A stretch of DNA of 49,943 bases from Nemertoderma westbladi (Eukaryota > Animalia > Xenacoelomorpha): contig JAUCBJ010006734.1 in assembly GCA_032718475.1 (NCBI GenBank), forward strand, positions 1 to 49,943, in the 5' to 3' direction. The notes under the pieces are model-generated. The model was not told the DNA's origin, made no database searches, and was given only the letters and a program-made list of their open reading frames with translations. Positions 24,578 through 38,954 of this stretch are shown here, piece after piece. The translations under genes and the position numbers were made by a program. The first letter of the stretch is position 1; the number at the start of each line of letters is the position of its first letter.

Positions 24578-24855
24578 ATTCTAGTCGATTAAGATATCGC
24601 GGCACCCACCGATATACTTGAAAGACAAAATTCTAGAATCAGTGGTTAACGTCCCCAGACAAGTTCTGGAATAAACTGGTGCCCATCCTAAATATTAACT
24701 AGTAATATTTATAAAATCTGTCAAATTTTAGATCCTTTAAAATTCTAGTCTATTAAGATATCGTAGCACTTACCGATACTCTTAAAAAGACAAATTTCCT
24801 AGAATCAAGGATCCCAGTCCCCAGACATGCTCTGGAATAAAATTGTGTCTATTTA
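24578..24855 (+). repeat. Diverged ~163-bp direct duplication in the 3' spacer of copy A
   Basis: AATTCTAGTC.ATTAAGATATCG...GTCCCCAGACA...TCTGGAATAAA at 24578 and 24741. Confidence 0.75.
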
Positions 24856-25659
24856 ATATTAAATAATAAAATTTACGGGAATAAATTTAAATTCATCTTT
24901 TAATGAATTTGATAAATTGTCATTTTTATACAATTTATAACATTCCCAAAATTCCATAAATGAATAGATCATGGGAGCGGAGATTCACCCTATTAAGTGT
25001 ATTAGTGTGCGAGAATCTCCAATATATAGTCAATAGCCGATAAAATTCATAAAATCATGTATAAAGGGGATATTGACAATTAAAGAATTACTATTAAATA
25101 GCATCCCAAATCTGTATGCATGAGAATTACCCTAATTCTACTGCTAGCTTTCCATAATGTCACCATGGCAACAACCACGCTAGAATTAGAAGTGAGTTAA
25201 GAGAACAAAAAAGGCTTGCCCCATTGAATAGCATAAGGAATAAAATAGCACGCTGCTAGTATCCAAGGATACATAATAATAACGTGGCATTCTGGAAGGC
25301 ACTGACTAACGGACAAATGGCCCGAATGTGTGCGATTTGTGACAGTTGTGTGGAATTTGTGCGTTTATAGGTGAATGTTACTACTAAAGTGTGTTTACAG
25401 TAGCGAGTCGCAATTGTGAAAGTAGCCCTAACTCTCCAGTAAGAACCTGAAGTAAATCTAAGCCTTTGGGACGGATGGTGGAGTGACTCGCGCTGGTTGT
25501 TGTGGTCGTTGTGCAGCTACGACGTTGGCGATAGGCACATCAGCGAAAGTACACCAGCGCTGAGGATCTTGCGCTGTCCGGGGGCCGAGAGGGGTAGGCA
25601 GCGACGCCCGCTAGCCTAATTATAACTAATTATAATATTGATAAACTCATATAGCAGCT

Positions 25660-27018
25660 ATGAGTGAGTTGATAGAAGATGATCTTGGTATCAGGGAGAA
25701 ATATAATCTACCGTTGCAAGCGTTTGTTGATAGATTGATACGCAGCGACGCTAGTCCAACTACTACGGAGGACGATTGTCGTTATATCGAACCGCCGATG
25801 TCCCAGGAGCAACTTACGCGTGAATTGGACTATCGAAAATTCACTGCTCGCTATACGCATCGTAATGGTACGCATATGGACTTCTTAACTACTGGTCATC
25901 CTATCGATTTACACGATACGGACGATGTCGACACCGAAAGGGAAATGGTACTGTTTAAATATCCTACCCAGCGGAGTCGGAACGATAAACTGAAAATCGA
26001 ATGCGAAAATTCTATTCGAAATCGACTCGAAAGAGAAGACGTTAAAGAACCGGATAAACGCAGTAACTCCAACGTATATTTGGAATTCTTGAGAGAAACA
26101 TTGTAAAACCGAATAAATATCACCCGCGTTTCCCCTACAAGACGTGCGTCTTTGGTATTATTGCGATGAATGCCCAAGACCCAACCAACAAACGGAAAGA
26201 CATAAAAATCCGCGGAGACGTTGCTTTAAACACGGTTTTACTCGCTATATTTACAGGAGTTTCGAGCGAAACTTGTTCGATGTATCACCTACGCTCGCTC
26301 GACTCAAACGATCCTTAAATAAACCTATGATCAGAGTTCCGGAATACTCGGTCAGACCTCCTCACTCCCTAGTGAGACCTCAGACTCTTGATCCTAATAG
26401 TATCACGGATCCTCCTGAACTGTACTCATTGTTCAAAGATTTAGTGTTACCCGAACAATTAGTCGGTGGCACTCCGGTTGAGGGCTCCCTAGATATTCGC
26501 CCATCTTACCTAGCCGGATTGGGACGCGGACATCTAATATCGTCATTCAACCGTATCATCGTCCCAGTTTAACCCGATACAACCTGTCACCGAGGCGGAG
26601 GAGAGAGTTGTACGAGACGCGTTGGACACTAATCTTCAAAAGAGCGGAAAATGAACCTACAATTGTTTATAGAAACGTAAATTGCAGCAGCAAGTCCAAG
26701 CGGTAAACGAATTAACTTTATCTCAGTTCGATCAGGAAATCCAGAATCTCTAAGAAAATATCGAACTTGGACGACCCTATTCTCTGCAAGAATTTTGGAC
26801 GAACGCATCCAACGATAAGCGGAGGAAAATCAGCTCGAGGAGAAGCATATCGAAATGGACGAGACATCGACCGTAACCCTAAACCTTCTGATGCAATTGT
26901 ATTGCACCCTTCACCCAGGAATTACAGCCCTCCTAGTAAAGTGGCTCGCCCCAAAGAGAAAAGGACTCTTGCTAGCCTCAAAAAACTGCGTAAACGCCGT
27001 CCGCGCAAGAAAAACTAA
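25660..27018 (+). pseudogene. 3' accessory ORF of copy A (fragmented)
   Basis: First ~125 codons and last ~48 codons are homologous to 625-2090; middle differs and has stops; contains YYCDEC...H...C. Confidence 0.6.
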
Positions 27019-27096
27019 CTGTTTAGAGTATTTTTATATTTTAGAAACTGTGATTTTTTATATTTTATAGAATTAAATCCCATTTTCTGGGAGCGG

Positions 27097-28585
27097 TGTA
27101 AAAGCTTTTGCGGATGTAACAAGCTATTTTTCTCCGCAATATACCGAGTAGGTATTTTAGCGGACATAACAAGCGATTTTGCCCGCTATGTCTGCATGTG
27201 TGCTTTAGCGGACATAAAAAGCCATTTTTCTCCGCAATAAGCTCAAATACTCTAAACATCGGAACTCAGATGACGACATCTATCAGCTATGTCCACGTAT
27301 AACTTTTTCTTTGTTCTTTGTTCGTTCTTTGTTCGGTCGACCAATCAGAGCGGTTTTCACTCTGTGTTGGACATTGTATACAGAAACTCACGTAATTCAG
27401 TCAGTGTGTATTTTCCCTAAGCCTAGAACACCGGCTGTGGAATATTCTGTGTTTTAGACTTTAGCCAAACATTAGTAGGCTTTGATCATAGAAATGTATA
27501 ACTGTTATCAAACCAAACTGGCATACAGCCCATATCATACCATACATACCTTTCACCGCATTATTTTACTGCTATTTACTGTCGGTTACTAATTACAGTC
27601 CCAATCCCAATAAACATTAACTTGGTCGTTTTGGCGGCCAAAATGACCAAAATCACCAAAAAAAATGTAGTGTATTCCTATGGGCTACTTGGTCGTTTTG
27701 GCGAAGCGATTTAACTCGAATCAGCTCAATCCAGACAGTCTGTCTCCTTGGCCATCCATTTGGTGGATCTGACTAAATGTCGGCTCGCTTTCATTTTTAT
27801 TATTGACAGATTGTTAACTTACCCGGCGCTGAGCCTTGCAGTACTGGAGTCATACCATACATACCATACCATACATGGATATCATACCATACATACCTTT
27901 CACCGCATTATTTTACTGCTATTTACTGTCAGTTACTAATTATATCAGTTGATAGAATATTGTTATATTTGGAGAATATCGATAAATAATCAGAAAACCC
28001 CAATCTTCTTGATATACTGAAGGTTAGAGAGACCGGTTACATATAACAATTGCGACTTACATTAAAGTGGTTTTGGAGTGAATTTAATGCTATTTCATAG
28101 GCCCTACAGGTGTCAGTTGCTGTTCTCTTTATATGTGACTAAAATTAGTGAAGGTCGGCAGATCGGTGTGCAGTATTGTGCGGTAGTGTGCATGAGTGTG
28201 ATAGATAACAAAGCATCTCCTAAAGAATGCGCTTTATACGTGAATCAATAGCCATCCTGTTGTGCTTAGTGTAAGTCATAACTCTGTTTACATACTTAGA
28301 GCGCCACGTCCTAAAGGAACTGTTAATATTTCCCGAAAGTGAATAATATTTGTCAGAGATTATATATTAACGATCAATCGAATAATACAGTAGGCCTATA
28401 CCGCAATAAGGTCAGAGCATCCAAATCCAGTCTCCCGGGTATATCCAGCGGGTGAATGGTCGCGCATAGGCTGGCTTCGGCTAATGTAGTGTATCCAATA
28501 CTCGTCATAGGCTAAAGTCGATTTATAACCTAGAAGACACCTAAATTTGGCAGGTTAAACTGCTAAAGGTCTGAAAGCGCGAACA
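27097..28585 (+). repeat. 3' LTR of copy A, with a patch carrying the left 256 bp of the TA transposon (27596-27851)
   Basis: TGTAAAAGC...GCGCGAACA after GGGAGCGG; 27596-27851 appears identical to 11749-12004. Confidence 0.92.
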
Positions 28586-28590
28586 ACCTG

Positions 28591-30960
28591 GGAACCCAAA
28601 CGAGAAGGGGCCGTCTACAACGAGAGGACGAGTCGGGAGAAGAGAGGGACGAGTCGACACACGACGGCAGTCGACGTGCTGATGTCGCCGGCCAGCCACA
28701 GGCCGAGGGCGACGGACGGCCCACCGGAACGGCGACGGTGGGGCCGCCGGTACGACGCTGGACACGGAGGGATAGAGGAGACGTCGGCGACGAGGACGTC
28801 GGGGTTAACGACCGGCTCCGACGGGCCTACAATGCGACCCGAAAGATTCTGAGAGAAGCCAAAGGAGGGGCCAAGATAGATCAGGTGAAGTTAGAGAAGC
28901 GGCTAGGTGAGTCGAACAAACATTTTGATTACTTAGTGCGCTTTGGGCAGGGAGAACTAGCCGATGAGAGAGCGAGAGGGGTTGCCAGCGAACTGTTTGA
29001 ACTATGGGAATGTAGGGGTATGGAGCCTAGTGTAGTGTACGTAGGGCCATACTTGGTCGATGCCCGGGGAATAAAATTAGTGGGTTGGAGGGGACCGCAG
29101 GAGGGCGAATCCGAGGTTAACCCCGAGGATTCGGTCTCGTCGGTTGGAGAAAGTTCTGGGAGGCGGGGGAAAGTTAGTAGGACGGGAAGGCAGAGGGAGT
29201 CCGTCGTAACCGATAAGTCTGCTACATCCTCCGCAAAAGAAAGACGGGCGCGCGAAATAGATCTGGCGTGCCAACTCGATCTGGCGGCGCTAGACCAGAG
29301 AGAGTTAGAGAGACAGCTAGAGGAAGGGAGTGCGTTGCTAGAGAAGGAAAAAGAGCTGGTTAGAGAGAACAGAGAGAGGGCCGAGAAAGTCGCGAGAAGC
29401 TTTAGGGAGTGCGAGGAAATAGGGAGGATGGAAAGGAAGGAGCAAGAAGAGCACGAGGCGGCGAGTGAGAGTGAACGTAAGGAGCGCGAGGTGAGGGCGG
29501 AGAGTGAATGTAAGGAGCGCGAGGTGAGAGCGGATAATGAGCGAAGAGAGCGCGAGGCGAGACGACTTAAGAGGGTTGCGAGAGAGGCGGAATTAGCCGA
29601 TCAGAGTGCGCTGGAGCATCTGGAGAGAGAGGCAAAGGGGAAGCGTGTGCGGGATGATTTGCATGCCCGCCTAAGGGGGCTTATTCAATATCAAGCCAAA
29701 CAGAAGTGCCGACTGGAACTGGCGCAGATGGGGCTGTCAGAGAGCGAGGCGGGCTCGAGCATTTACGAGGAGCCGGGAGCTAGGGAAATGTTTATTAATA
29801 CCCCACTTACAGGGACTGCACGACAGACCCAGGACTGGTGTGACCATATGGGTGGGGGGGGGGGGGGTAATAATAATACAGTAGATAACGTTAATATTAA
29901 TAGTACCGTATTGGATAACTCTAACCAAACTTTTGTTGCAGGAAATATTTTACCTAGTAGTAGTAATTTAAATTTAAATACAAATAATTCAAATAATCCG
30001 AATAGTCCTAATTCAAATAATCTAAATCTGAATTTACAAAATAATTCAAATAATATAATTACGCAAAATAATTCAAATAATATAATTACGCAAAATAATT
30101 CAAATAATATAATTACGCAAAATAATTCAAATAATCTTATTTCGAACGAACAAAATAATCCCGTTTCTAATTTAGGCGTGCAAAATAATTTAATTGATTT
30201 GGAGGATTTAATCGATTTAACAGATAATGCTGGTAATGGTGCTATTAATATGAACGTGCCGGATGTGCATAGCCCGGTAAACGAGGGCCTGGTAGGCCAC
30301 GTAGTTAGTAGACAGGAAGTGGCGGGGTTGAGTCAACCCGATGAGGGCCTGGTAGGCCACGTAGTTAGTAGGCAGGAAGTGGTGGGGTTGAGTCAACCCG
30401 ATGAGGGCCTGGTAGGCCACGCAGTTAGTAGGCAGGAAGGGGAGGGCCTGGTAGGCCACACAGTAGTAGAGGGAGAGGCGGGGGTGAATAGACCCAGCCG
30501 CAGTAGGGTTAGTGTGTTGACTAGAGAGGGATGTAGAAACGAAGTGAGAGATAGTGAAGTGATAGGTGGCGAGTGGGGGGGGGCTACAGGAGCTCCACAA
30601 CGAGAGATTAGCGGCGAGCGGGGGGGGGGGGGGGCTACAGGAGCCCCACAACGAGAGATTAGCGGCGAGCGGGGGGGGGGGGGCAAAGAGTGACCCACAA
30701 GCGTCGGCGGATAATGCGCAGGGCGAATTAGGTGAACCGCAGCACCCGGCGATGGAGAATAATAGGGGGATTGCGAGTATCCCCAGCGGCGTGCGACCGA
30801 GCAGAGAGAGACAGGTTGACGTCGCGAGAGGGCGAGCGACGTGACGTTGAGCCCGATCAGAAGAGGGAAGAAGAACAGTGGAGTTTAACCGGGAGGTCGA
30901 CGAGAGATCTCACGAGCGGGAATACTGCACTGTAGAGAGAAGAAGAGAAGAGAGTAGGTG
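28591..30960 (+). pseudogene. Outer element Gag N-terminal region, first copy (charged coiled-coil, then Asn-rich low complexity)
   Basis: Open frame 28591-30693; homologous to about 30961-32880. Confidence 0.7.
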
Positions 30961-33560
30961 AGCCAGTCTAGACTCTACGATAGACTAGGTGAGTCTAATG
31001 AACACTTCCTATACTTAGTCCATTTCGGACAGGGAGAACTAGCGAAAGAGAGGGCAAGGGGGGTCGCCACGGAACTCACAGAATTGTGGTGATCCGGGGT
31101 GATGGAGGCCAGATTGGTGTACATAGGGCCTTATCTGGTAGATGCGCAGGGAATTAAGTTAGTGGGATGGGCGCGACCGTATGACGGCGAATCCGAGATT
31201 AACCCCGATGATTCGGTGTCATCGGTTAGAACAAACCGGAGTAAGCGGGGGAAAGTTAGTAGGACAGAGAGTGACCGACAAGTCCGCTACATCCTCCGCA
31301 AAAGCAAGAAGGGTGTTGGAGATAGATCTGGCGTGTCAACTAGACATGGTGGCGCTAGACCAGAAAGAATTAGAGAGGCAGTTGGATGAGGGAACTGCGT
31401 TATTAGAGAAAGAGAGGGAATTGGAGAGAGAAAATAAAGAGAGGGCTGAGAGGGTCGCGAGAAACTTTAGAGAGTGTGAGGAGATAGAAATAAGGGAAGG
31501 AAAGGAGCGTGAGGCGAGAGAGACGAACGAGCGTAAAGAGCGAGAGGCGAGGGAGACGAACGAGCGTAAAGAACGAGAGGCGAACGAGCGTAGAGGGCTT
31601 GAGGCGAGGCGGCTTGAGAGGATTGCGAGAGAGGCAGAGTTCGCCGACCAAAGTTTGCGAGAGGATAGAGAGAGAGAGAACGGGAAAGCGTGTGCAGGAC
31701 GATATGCATGCCCGGTTGAGGGGGCTTATGCAGTATCAGGCCAAGCAAAAGCGCCGATTAGAACTGGCGCAGATGGGGCTATCAGAGAGTGAGGAAGTAA
31801 GCGAGGAGCCGGAAGTAATGGAAACGTTTGTTAATACCCCACTTACAGGGACTGGACGACAGACCCAAGACTGGTGTAACCATACGGGTGGGGGGGGGGG
31901 GGGTAATAATAATACGCTAGAAGACGTTAATATTAATAGTACCGTAGTAGATAACCCTAATCAAACTTTCATTGCAGGAAATAATATTTTACCCGATAAT
32001 AGTAATTTAAATCCGAACGATGCTAATTTAAATGTAGGAAATAATTCAAATAATAATCTAGATTCGAATATACAAAGTAATTCAAATAATTTAAACTTAA
32101 ATACGCAAAATAATCTAAATAATAATTTCAATTCAAACAAACAAAATAATCCCGATTCTAATTCAAATATACAGAATAATTTAAATAATAATCCGAATTC
32201 AGCACAGAATAATTCTAATAATTTAAATAATTTAGAAAATAATATTAATAATGGTGCTATTGATATAAACGCGGCAGATGTAGGTGGCCTGGCCAACGAG
32301 AGCCTGGTAGGCCACATAGTTAATATGCAGGGAGTAACGGGGGTGAGAGACTCTGACGGGAGCCTGGTAGGCCACGTAGTTAATACGCAGGGAGTGGTGG
32401 GGTTGAGTCAACCCGATGGGAGCCTGCGATGCAATGCAGTGATAGAGGGAGAGGCGGGGGTGAATAGACACAGCCGCAGTAGAGATAGTGCATCGACTAG
32501 AGGGGGGTGTAGAAGCGAAGCGAGAGGTAGTGAAGTGATAGGTGGCGAGCGGGGGGGGCTGCAGGAGCCCCACAACGAAAGATTAGCGGCGAGAGGGGGG
32601 GGGGGCAGAGAGTGTCCCATAGGCGTCGACAGATAATGCGCGGGGCGAATTAGGTGAACCGCAGCACCCGGCGATGGAGAATAGTAGGGGGATTACGAAT
32701 ATCCCCAGCGGCGTGCGACCGGGTAGAGAGAGAGAGAGGTTGGCATCGCGAGAGGGTGAGCGACGAGACGTCGAGCCCAGTCAGAAGAGGGAAGAAGAAC
32801 AGTGGAGTTTAACCGGGAGGTCGACGAGAGATCTCACGAGCAGGGACGCTACACTGCAGAGAGAAGAAGAGAAGAGAGTAGAAGAAGTGTCGTTGCGAGC
32901 GACAGGAGAGCGAGGACAGATAGCGAGCCGTCGGTAGTAGAGATGGAGTTGGAGAGTCGATGGGGTCGAACTCCGGGAGATTGCCGTCGTCCTGGAGAGA
33001 CGCGACCTGGCGAGGTGTACTATACTCCGAGAGAGGGGTACAGGAGGTACCGATACGAGGACGAGAACAGGAGAGGGGATCGAAGGGAAACTTCCCAAGG
33101 GGATATAGCTGCCGATCGAGGATACGGTAGTCGCAGGGAGGACTTCTTGGATTATTCGAGAAGGTTAAACTTCGGTCCGGAGGGACACATACAGACTGCA
33201 GGACATACTGTAGGCCTTACTGCACATACTATAGGCCATGCCGGGAGAGATAATGTAGGCGATAGGGTAGCGCGGACGATGGGATTAAACCCGGAGGTCG
33301 CGGAGTACATACCGGTAGGTAGGCCAGAAATGGATAGGCCTATACCGGTACCAGCACAACAGTATGACTATAGCATGCAAGGAAATAACATATATCCAGG
33401 GGAAGGGAGAGTTATTGCGGATAGGTGTATGGGCCCAAATATATTAACATCAACCCCAGTACCAAACATACTGGTGGGGGGGGGGGGGCAGGGTGACATT
33501 CCCCCATCATAATATCAACAATATACTCAAACAGGAATAAGAACATCGAACCCCCTGGAT
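30961..33560 (+). pseudogene. Outer element Gag N-terminal region, second diverged copy, leading to the Gag core
   Basis: YIGPYLVDAQGIKLVGW, EIDLACQLDMVALDQKELERQL, LRGLMQYQAKQK, NTPLTGT.RQTQDWC repeat the first copy; several frameshifts. Confidence 0.7.
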
Positions 33561-33739
33561 AAGAACAGATCTTGCGACATGGAAATATGGAGGGGGCCGT
33601 TACCCCTAATGATATACCCGACGCAAAGGAGGGCAACAGACAGGACGGGTGGACCGCACCCAACGGGAGAATCTGTACAGCATCCATAGAACCCATTGGA
33701 AGCACAGGCGATGGGAATGGCTACATTAATCGATGCACT

Positions 33740-36700
33740 GAAGACCAGAATCGAGTTACCACCTGTAGAACCATTTGAATTCGATGGAAGTAGGCCGGAA
33801 GAATACCTGCAATTTCAGTGCATGTACAGCAATGAGATATTGACTAAGTCCTGACGCCGGCGGAGTGCCTAAAATATCTACATGTGTATACAGGAGGCCC
33901 AGCGTAAGACATCATGAGGCAGTATCAGGGCATCGAGGGTGGCTTCATGACAGCATGGCGGGCACTAGACAGGGAATACGGGCACCCGGCCAAGATCATC
34001 CGGCAGACCCTGAGGGGTATAACATCGGGTGGCCTACAGGATAACCCCGTTAGCATAAAGACGTTTGCGAACAAAGTCGAGAAGGCACTAATCGTGTTGA
34101 AGACGCTAGACGCGCCATACGAACTCAATGCATCTAATAACATCACCACGATAGCGCAGGCACTGCCGATCTGGCTGCGCAATAAGTGGAGAAAAATCGC
34201 TTTCTCCACCCAGGAGAAGAAGGGTGCGGAACCGGGCCTAGAGGAAATGTCGAACTTCCTCAACTACGAAGCAGAGTTAATCACAGACCCAGTCTATAGC
34301 GAGGATAGTCTGGGGAAGGGGCCAAAGACCGAATATAACAGGCCGAAACCAGAACACAACACGGCAAACGCATTGCCAAAGCTCAGACAGTCGCTGCCGT
34401 ACGCAGCAACGCAGGGGACTGCTAGTCCACAAGTAGCCGGGGGTAAGACCACATCATGGAGCGGACAGAGGAAAAATAACAACACAAATAAACACAACCC
34501 TAACACGCCCAGTAGGCCGAACCCAACTAATAAGAACAGTAGGGACTTAGGTACGAATGCAAGTGCGATATGCAGCGCACTGTATAAGGATGGCTATAAC
34601 CCAAAGAACAAATGCCAATTACATACAAATGCACTTCATCAGACCATGAACTGCAGGTATTGGCAAGCACTACCCAGGGAAGATCAGGTAGAATACGCGA
34701 GGAGATATGAAGTTTGTTCTCGATGTGTGATGGGTGGACACAGAGCCGACCAATGCGAAGAAACACCAATTAAGTTCGGTCAGGGCAAAGGGCAGACGAT
34801 GGCAACGAGCACCGTAGGGGCAAAGAAAAGAGGAACGGTACTACTCGGGGTAGTACCAGTGCGAATGATTGAGGAAGGCAATCGATCAGTGACCACACTG
34901 ATGCTGGTCGACAGTGGAGCAGCCTTCACCTTAGTTGAGAATTGGGTGGCCGAAGAGATAGGAGTGAGAATGAGGCCAAGTAGAATGGCGGTAACAACCA
35001 TCTCCAGCAAAGACGAAATCCTGGAGATGAGGACCATGCGGGATAGCAGCGATAGCACCGGGATGCGACTATGGGGCGACCATCGACCCCATCCAGGTGA
35101 TAGAGTCGATAAATATCAACGCCAGGCGGCCAACCAACATCGAGGTCGAACAATATAAATTCCTGGACAGTATTGATTTCTCAATCCCAGAGGTGGACGT
35201 TAGGAAGGTATCCATCATAGTAGGAATGGACTGCCCGACAGCCGAGAATGCGAACGGTCTTTGGCGAAGACAGGCAGTGTGACCTGGTGGCGATTTTAAC
35301 ACCATTCGGGTGGACGTTGAGCAGCCCAATTAAGAGCAAGATACCATTTAGGATGTCAGAGACATCAGGGTGCATGTTCGCGGGAACTATGCGAGAGATG
35401 GGAGATGAGAGAGCGGAGGAGCAGCTCAGGAGACTGCTGAAGCAGGATTTTGAGGGATTAAAAGAGACCGGGGTCGGAACCTCGGTAGAAGATAAACAGG
35501 CTCTACAGTGCGTAAAGGAGTCGATAAGATGCGATGAGGGGCGGTATACCATAGGGATGGTATTGAAGCTACCGAAGCTACCGCTACCCGACAATAGAGG
35601 AATGGTACTCACGAGGCTTCGTAAGTTGAAGCAGACCCTAAAACAGAGCCCCGAAAAGAATGAGTACATTCATAAAACGATCAGGAAGTATGTCGAGAAA
35701 GGATGGGCCGTGGAGTTACCAGTCGACGAACCAAACACGGACAGGACCTATTACCTATTACCTGCCACTCCACGTGGCTCTAGACCCGAAGAAAGGTAAA
35801 CTGCAGATTGTAGTTGACGCATCGGCTAAAACCAACGGCAAATGCCTAAACGATTATCTGCTGGAGGGTCCCAATATCTACAGCTCAGGGATCGAGGTCC
35901 TACTCAGATTCAGGAATGGGAAACACGCCTTCACCTGCGACATCGAAGGCATGTTCAACCAAGTCCGTGTAAGGGAAGAGGATAGCGACAGCCAACGCTT
36001 CTTATGGTACAACGGCGACGAGGAACCGTCGACAATACCGATGTACAAGATGGTAGTACAGAATATGGGAGCCAAGTCATCTTCGTTTATGACGACTGTG
36101 GCCGTAAGAGACACAGTAGAGGGAAAGGAGAATAAATATAGCGCCAAAGCCGTCGATATGATTCGACGCGGCTTCTATGTAGACGACGGAATGGAGTCTG
36201 GCAACACGGTTAAGGAACTACTGGATACAGGGCGCGAGGTTCGCGACATCCTTAAAGGATCCGGCTTTAACCTAACCAAGTTCCAATCCAGTTTGGAAGA
36301 ATTTATTAAAGCCATAGAGGATAGGAGGCCAGAATCGACCATGGATAACCCCACGACAGCCAAGGGGCAGGACATGGCAAACAAAAGGGTGGAGTCCCAA
36401 CAGAAGGCATTAGGGATCGTGTGGAACCGAGAGACAGATGAACTGAAGTACCAGTTGAGCCAGGAGGGCGCAGACATCCACACAAAGAGGGGCTATGTGT
36501 CGTACATAGCAAGGATATACGATCCCCTAGGCCTAGCATCCCCATTACTAGTCACGGGGAAACAGATACTCAAGAAAGTATACAAACTCAAGGAGGATTG
36601 GGACACAGAGGTCCCGGAAGAGATCAGCAAGCCATGGAGTAAGTGGACAGAGAGTTTAGAGCAGATGGGAACATACAGTATGCCATGCGTATATTTCCCG

Positions 36701-38820
36701 GATGGAGACATGACGAATCTGGATCTGCACATGTTCTCCGATGCGTCATTAGAGGCATACGGAGCGGCACTCTAGTTAGTACAACGAGAGGGGGCTCACA
36801 AGCCCAGACTCACGTTCAGCAAGGCGAAGTCGACGCCACCAGATTCAGCATCGGTTCCGAAACTCGAGTTAACAGCTGTGAGGTTAGGAGTTAGGGCCAC
36901 AGCCTACTTAATGGACGCCATTCCCAACATAGTGGAGACACACTACTGGATGGATTCCATGGTAGTGCTTGGTTGGCTACATAACAAAAGGACAAGATAC
37001 CCTATATTCATCGCAAATAGGGTAAACGAAATAAGGGCAACTACAGAATTTGAAAGGTGGCACTACTGCCCAACGGACGAGAACCCAGCGGACTTGTTAT
37101 CGAGGGGCGTGGCACGCCACACTTTCTTGAAGAAGGAAGTATTGTGGCAGCATGGGCCGCAATTTCTGAACGATAAGACAGCCTGGCCGCCGATGAGAAA
37201 GGTGGACCCGGGCTCAGGAGAAGTAACATTAGAGGAAGAGGAAGGAGATTCAGAGGGTGAAGAGATATACAGCCAGATGGTGAGGGAGATAAGGGACGTG
37301 CAACAAAAACCGGAAGAACAGTGCGATAACCCAACGGACAAACTCCTTAGCTACAGCTCTAGTTGGTACAAGACCAAGAAGTTAGTGGCGTACTGGAGAG
37401 CCTTCGGGAATTTCCTCAAGGGAGTCGGAAAAGACATAAAAATTAGAACAACCAACGATCTGGAGGGAGCGGCCAAGGCAGTCATCCGCTACCAACAGAG
37501 GAAGAACTACGGCGACGAGGTGGAATGCGTCGGTAAACAATAGCATCTCTGACGGGACAGTGAGCTGATCGCGCTGTCACCACAACTCAATGATGACAGG
37601 ATCCTAGTAATGAACTCTAGGGTATTGAACAACAACAGTATTGTCATCCCACCAAAGCCCATCATCATCCCTAATGGATCGCCGATAGTCCACCAGATTA
37701 TCTGGGACTCCCATAAGTCGATATTGCACGGGGGCACCAACCGGACCCTCACGGAGATACGAAGGAACTTTTGGGTCAAACAGTTGAGAAAGAAGGTAAA
37801 GGCGGTAGTGGGGCAGTGCCAGACCTGCCGACGAGCTAAGAAGGAGCGAGCTATACAGGAGATGGCGCCACTACCGGCCAGTAGGGTGAGACAACACGAC
37901 CCGCCATTTACGCATTGCGGTGTGGATATGTTCGGGCCGATAAAGATTAAGGTGATGCGACACACGGAGAAACGCTACGGTATTATCTTCGTGTGCAACA
38001 ACACGCGGGCGGTAGGGATAGAACTCGCCCAAGATGCAACCGCATCAGCATTCATTAATGCTCTAGAAAGGTTCAGAGACCGCAAAGGTGGGACGATCGC
38101 AGTAATATATTCTGACAACGGAACCAACTTTGTGGGGGCGGAGAACGAGATGGCAGAGGCCTTGGATATCCTGGAAGGGGAGGAAGTCAGGGCAGCCATG
38201 AGAAGACGACAGGTGAAGTGTGAGAGGAGGACGCCGTATGCTCCGCATACTCTAGGATGCGTCGAGAGACTCGTGGGTAGTTCAAAGCATCTGATGACAA
38301 AGTTGATGAACACCCACATGGTTACAGAGGACGTACTAAGAATGGTATTAGCAAAGTGTGAGGGTATCATTAATAGCAGACCGCTATATCCAGAAAATGA
38401 TGACCCTGAGTCATTAGATGTGCTGACGCCCAGTCATTTTCTAATGGAAAGGCCAGCGACCATCGACATGCGGGGTGTAGACCCAGACGACATACACTCC
38501 CGCCAGAGTTGGAAAGTCGCTAAGGCGATAAGCGCAGAGTATTGGAGGAGGTGGGTCGAGGAATATCTACCCACGCTTCATAGGAGGAGCAAATGGAGAA
38601 ATACAAACAGAGAGTTAAAGGAGGGTGATCTGGTGATCGTCACGGACGATACCATCATCAACAACCAGTGTGGTTGGCGAGGGTTGTGGGCACTCACTCC
38701 GATGAGGACGGAAGAGTCCGATCGGTAGAAGTGCGGATAGGTGGCAAGATAGGAGCGAAAGATAGGAAGACCTACAGGAGGGCTGTAGGGAAGTGCTGCC
38801 TGTTAGAGGGAGCACCTTAG
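33740..38820 (+). pseudogene. BEL/Pao Gag core-protease-RT-RNase H-integrase, with multiple frameshifts and stops
   Basis: EPFEFDG; AWRALDREYG; CSRCVMGGH; MLVDSGA; VVDASAK...CLNDYLLEGP, DIEGMFNQV, FYVDD; YDPLG; LHMFSDAS; WMDSMVVLGW; WHYCPTDENPADLLSRG; LHGG...CQTC, GVDMFGP, SDNGTNF, ERLV; LTPSHFL, WRRWVEEYL; stop at 38820. Confidence 0.96.
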
Positions 38821-38954
38821 TTGAGTAGAGTTTAGTCGTCCAAGTATTGGAGTGAGGGGGGTGGGATCGAGGGCGAGACGCCCTTCCCACACACAAAAAT
38901 TAAAATAAAAAAAAAAGAATAGTACATAATAGGCACGCAGTAAGTAGGCAGATA

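Larger units (their letters stand above)
11259..28585 (+). mobile_element. Non-autonomous BEL/Pao-derived LTR element, copy A, nested in the 5' region of the outer element
   Basis: Near-identical LTRs; probable TSD ACCCG (11254-11258) / ACCTG (28586-28590); 5' LTR lacks the first 10 nt (TGTAAAAGCT). Confidence 0.9.
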
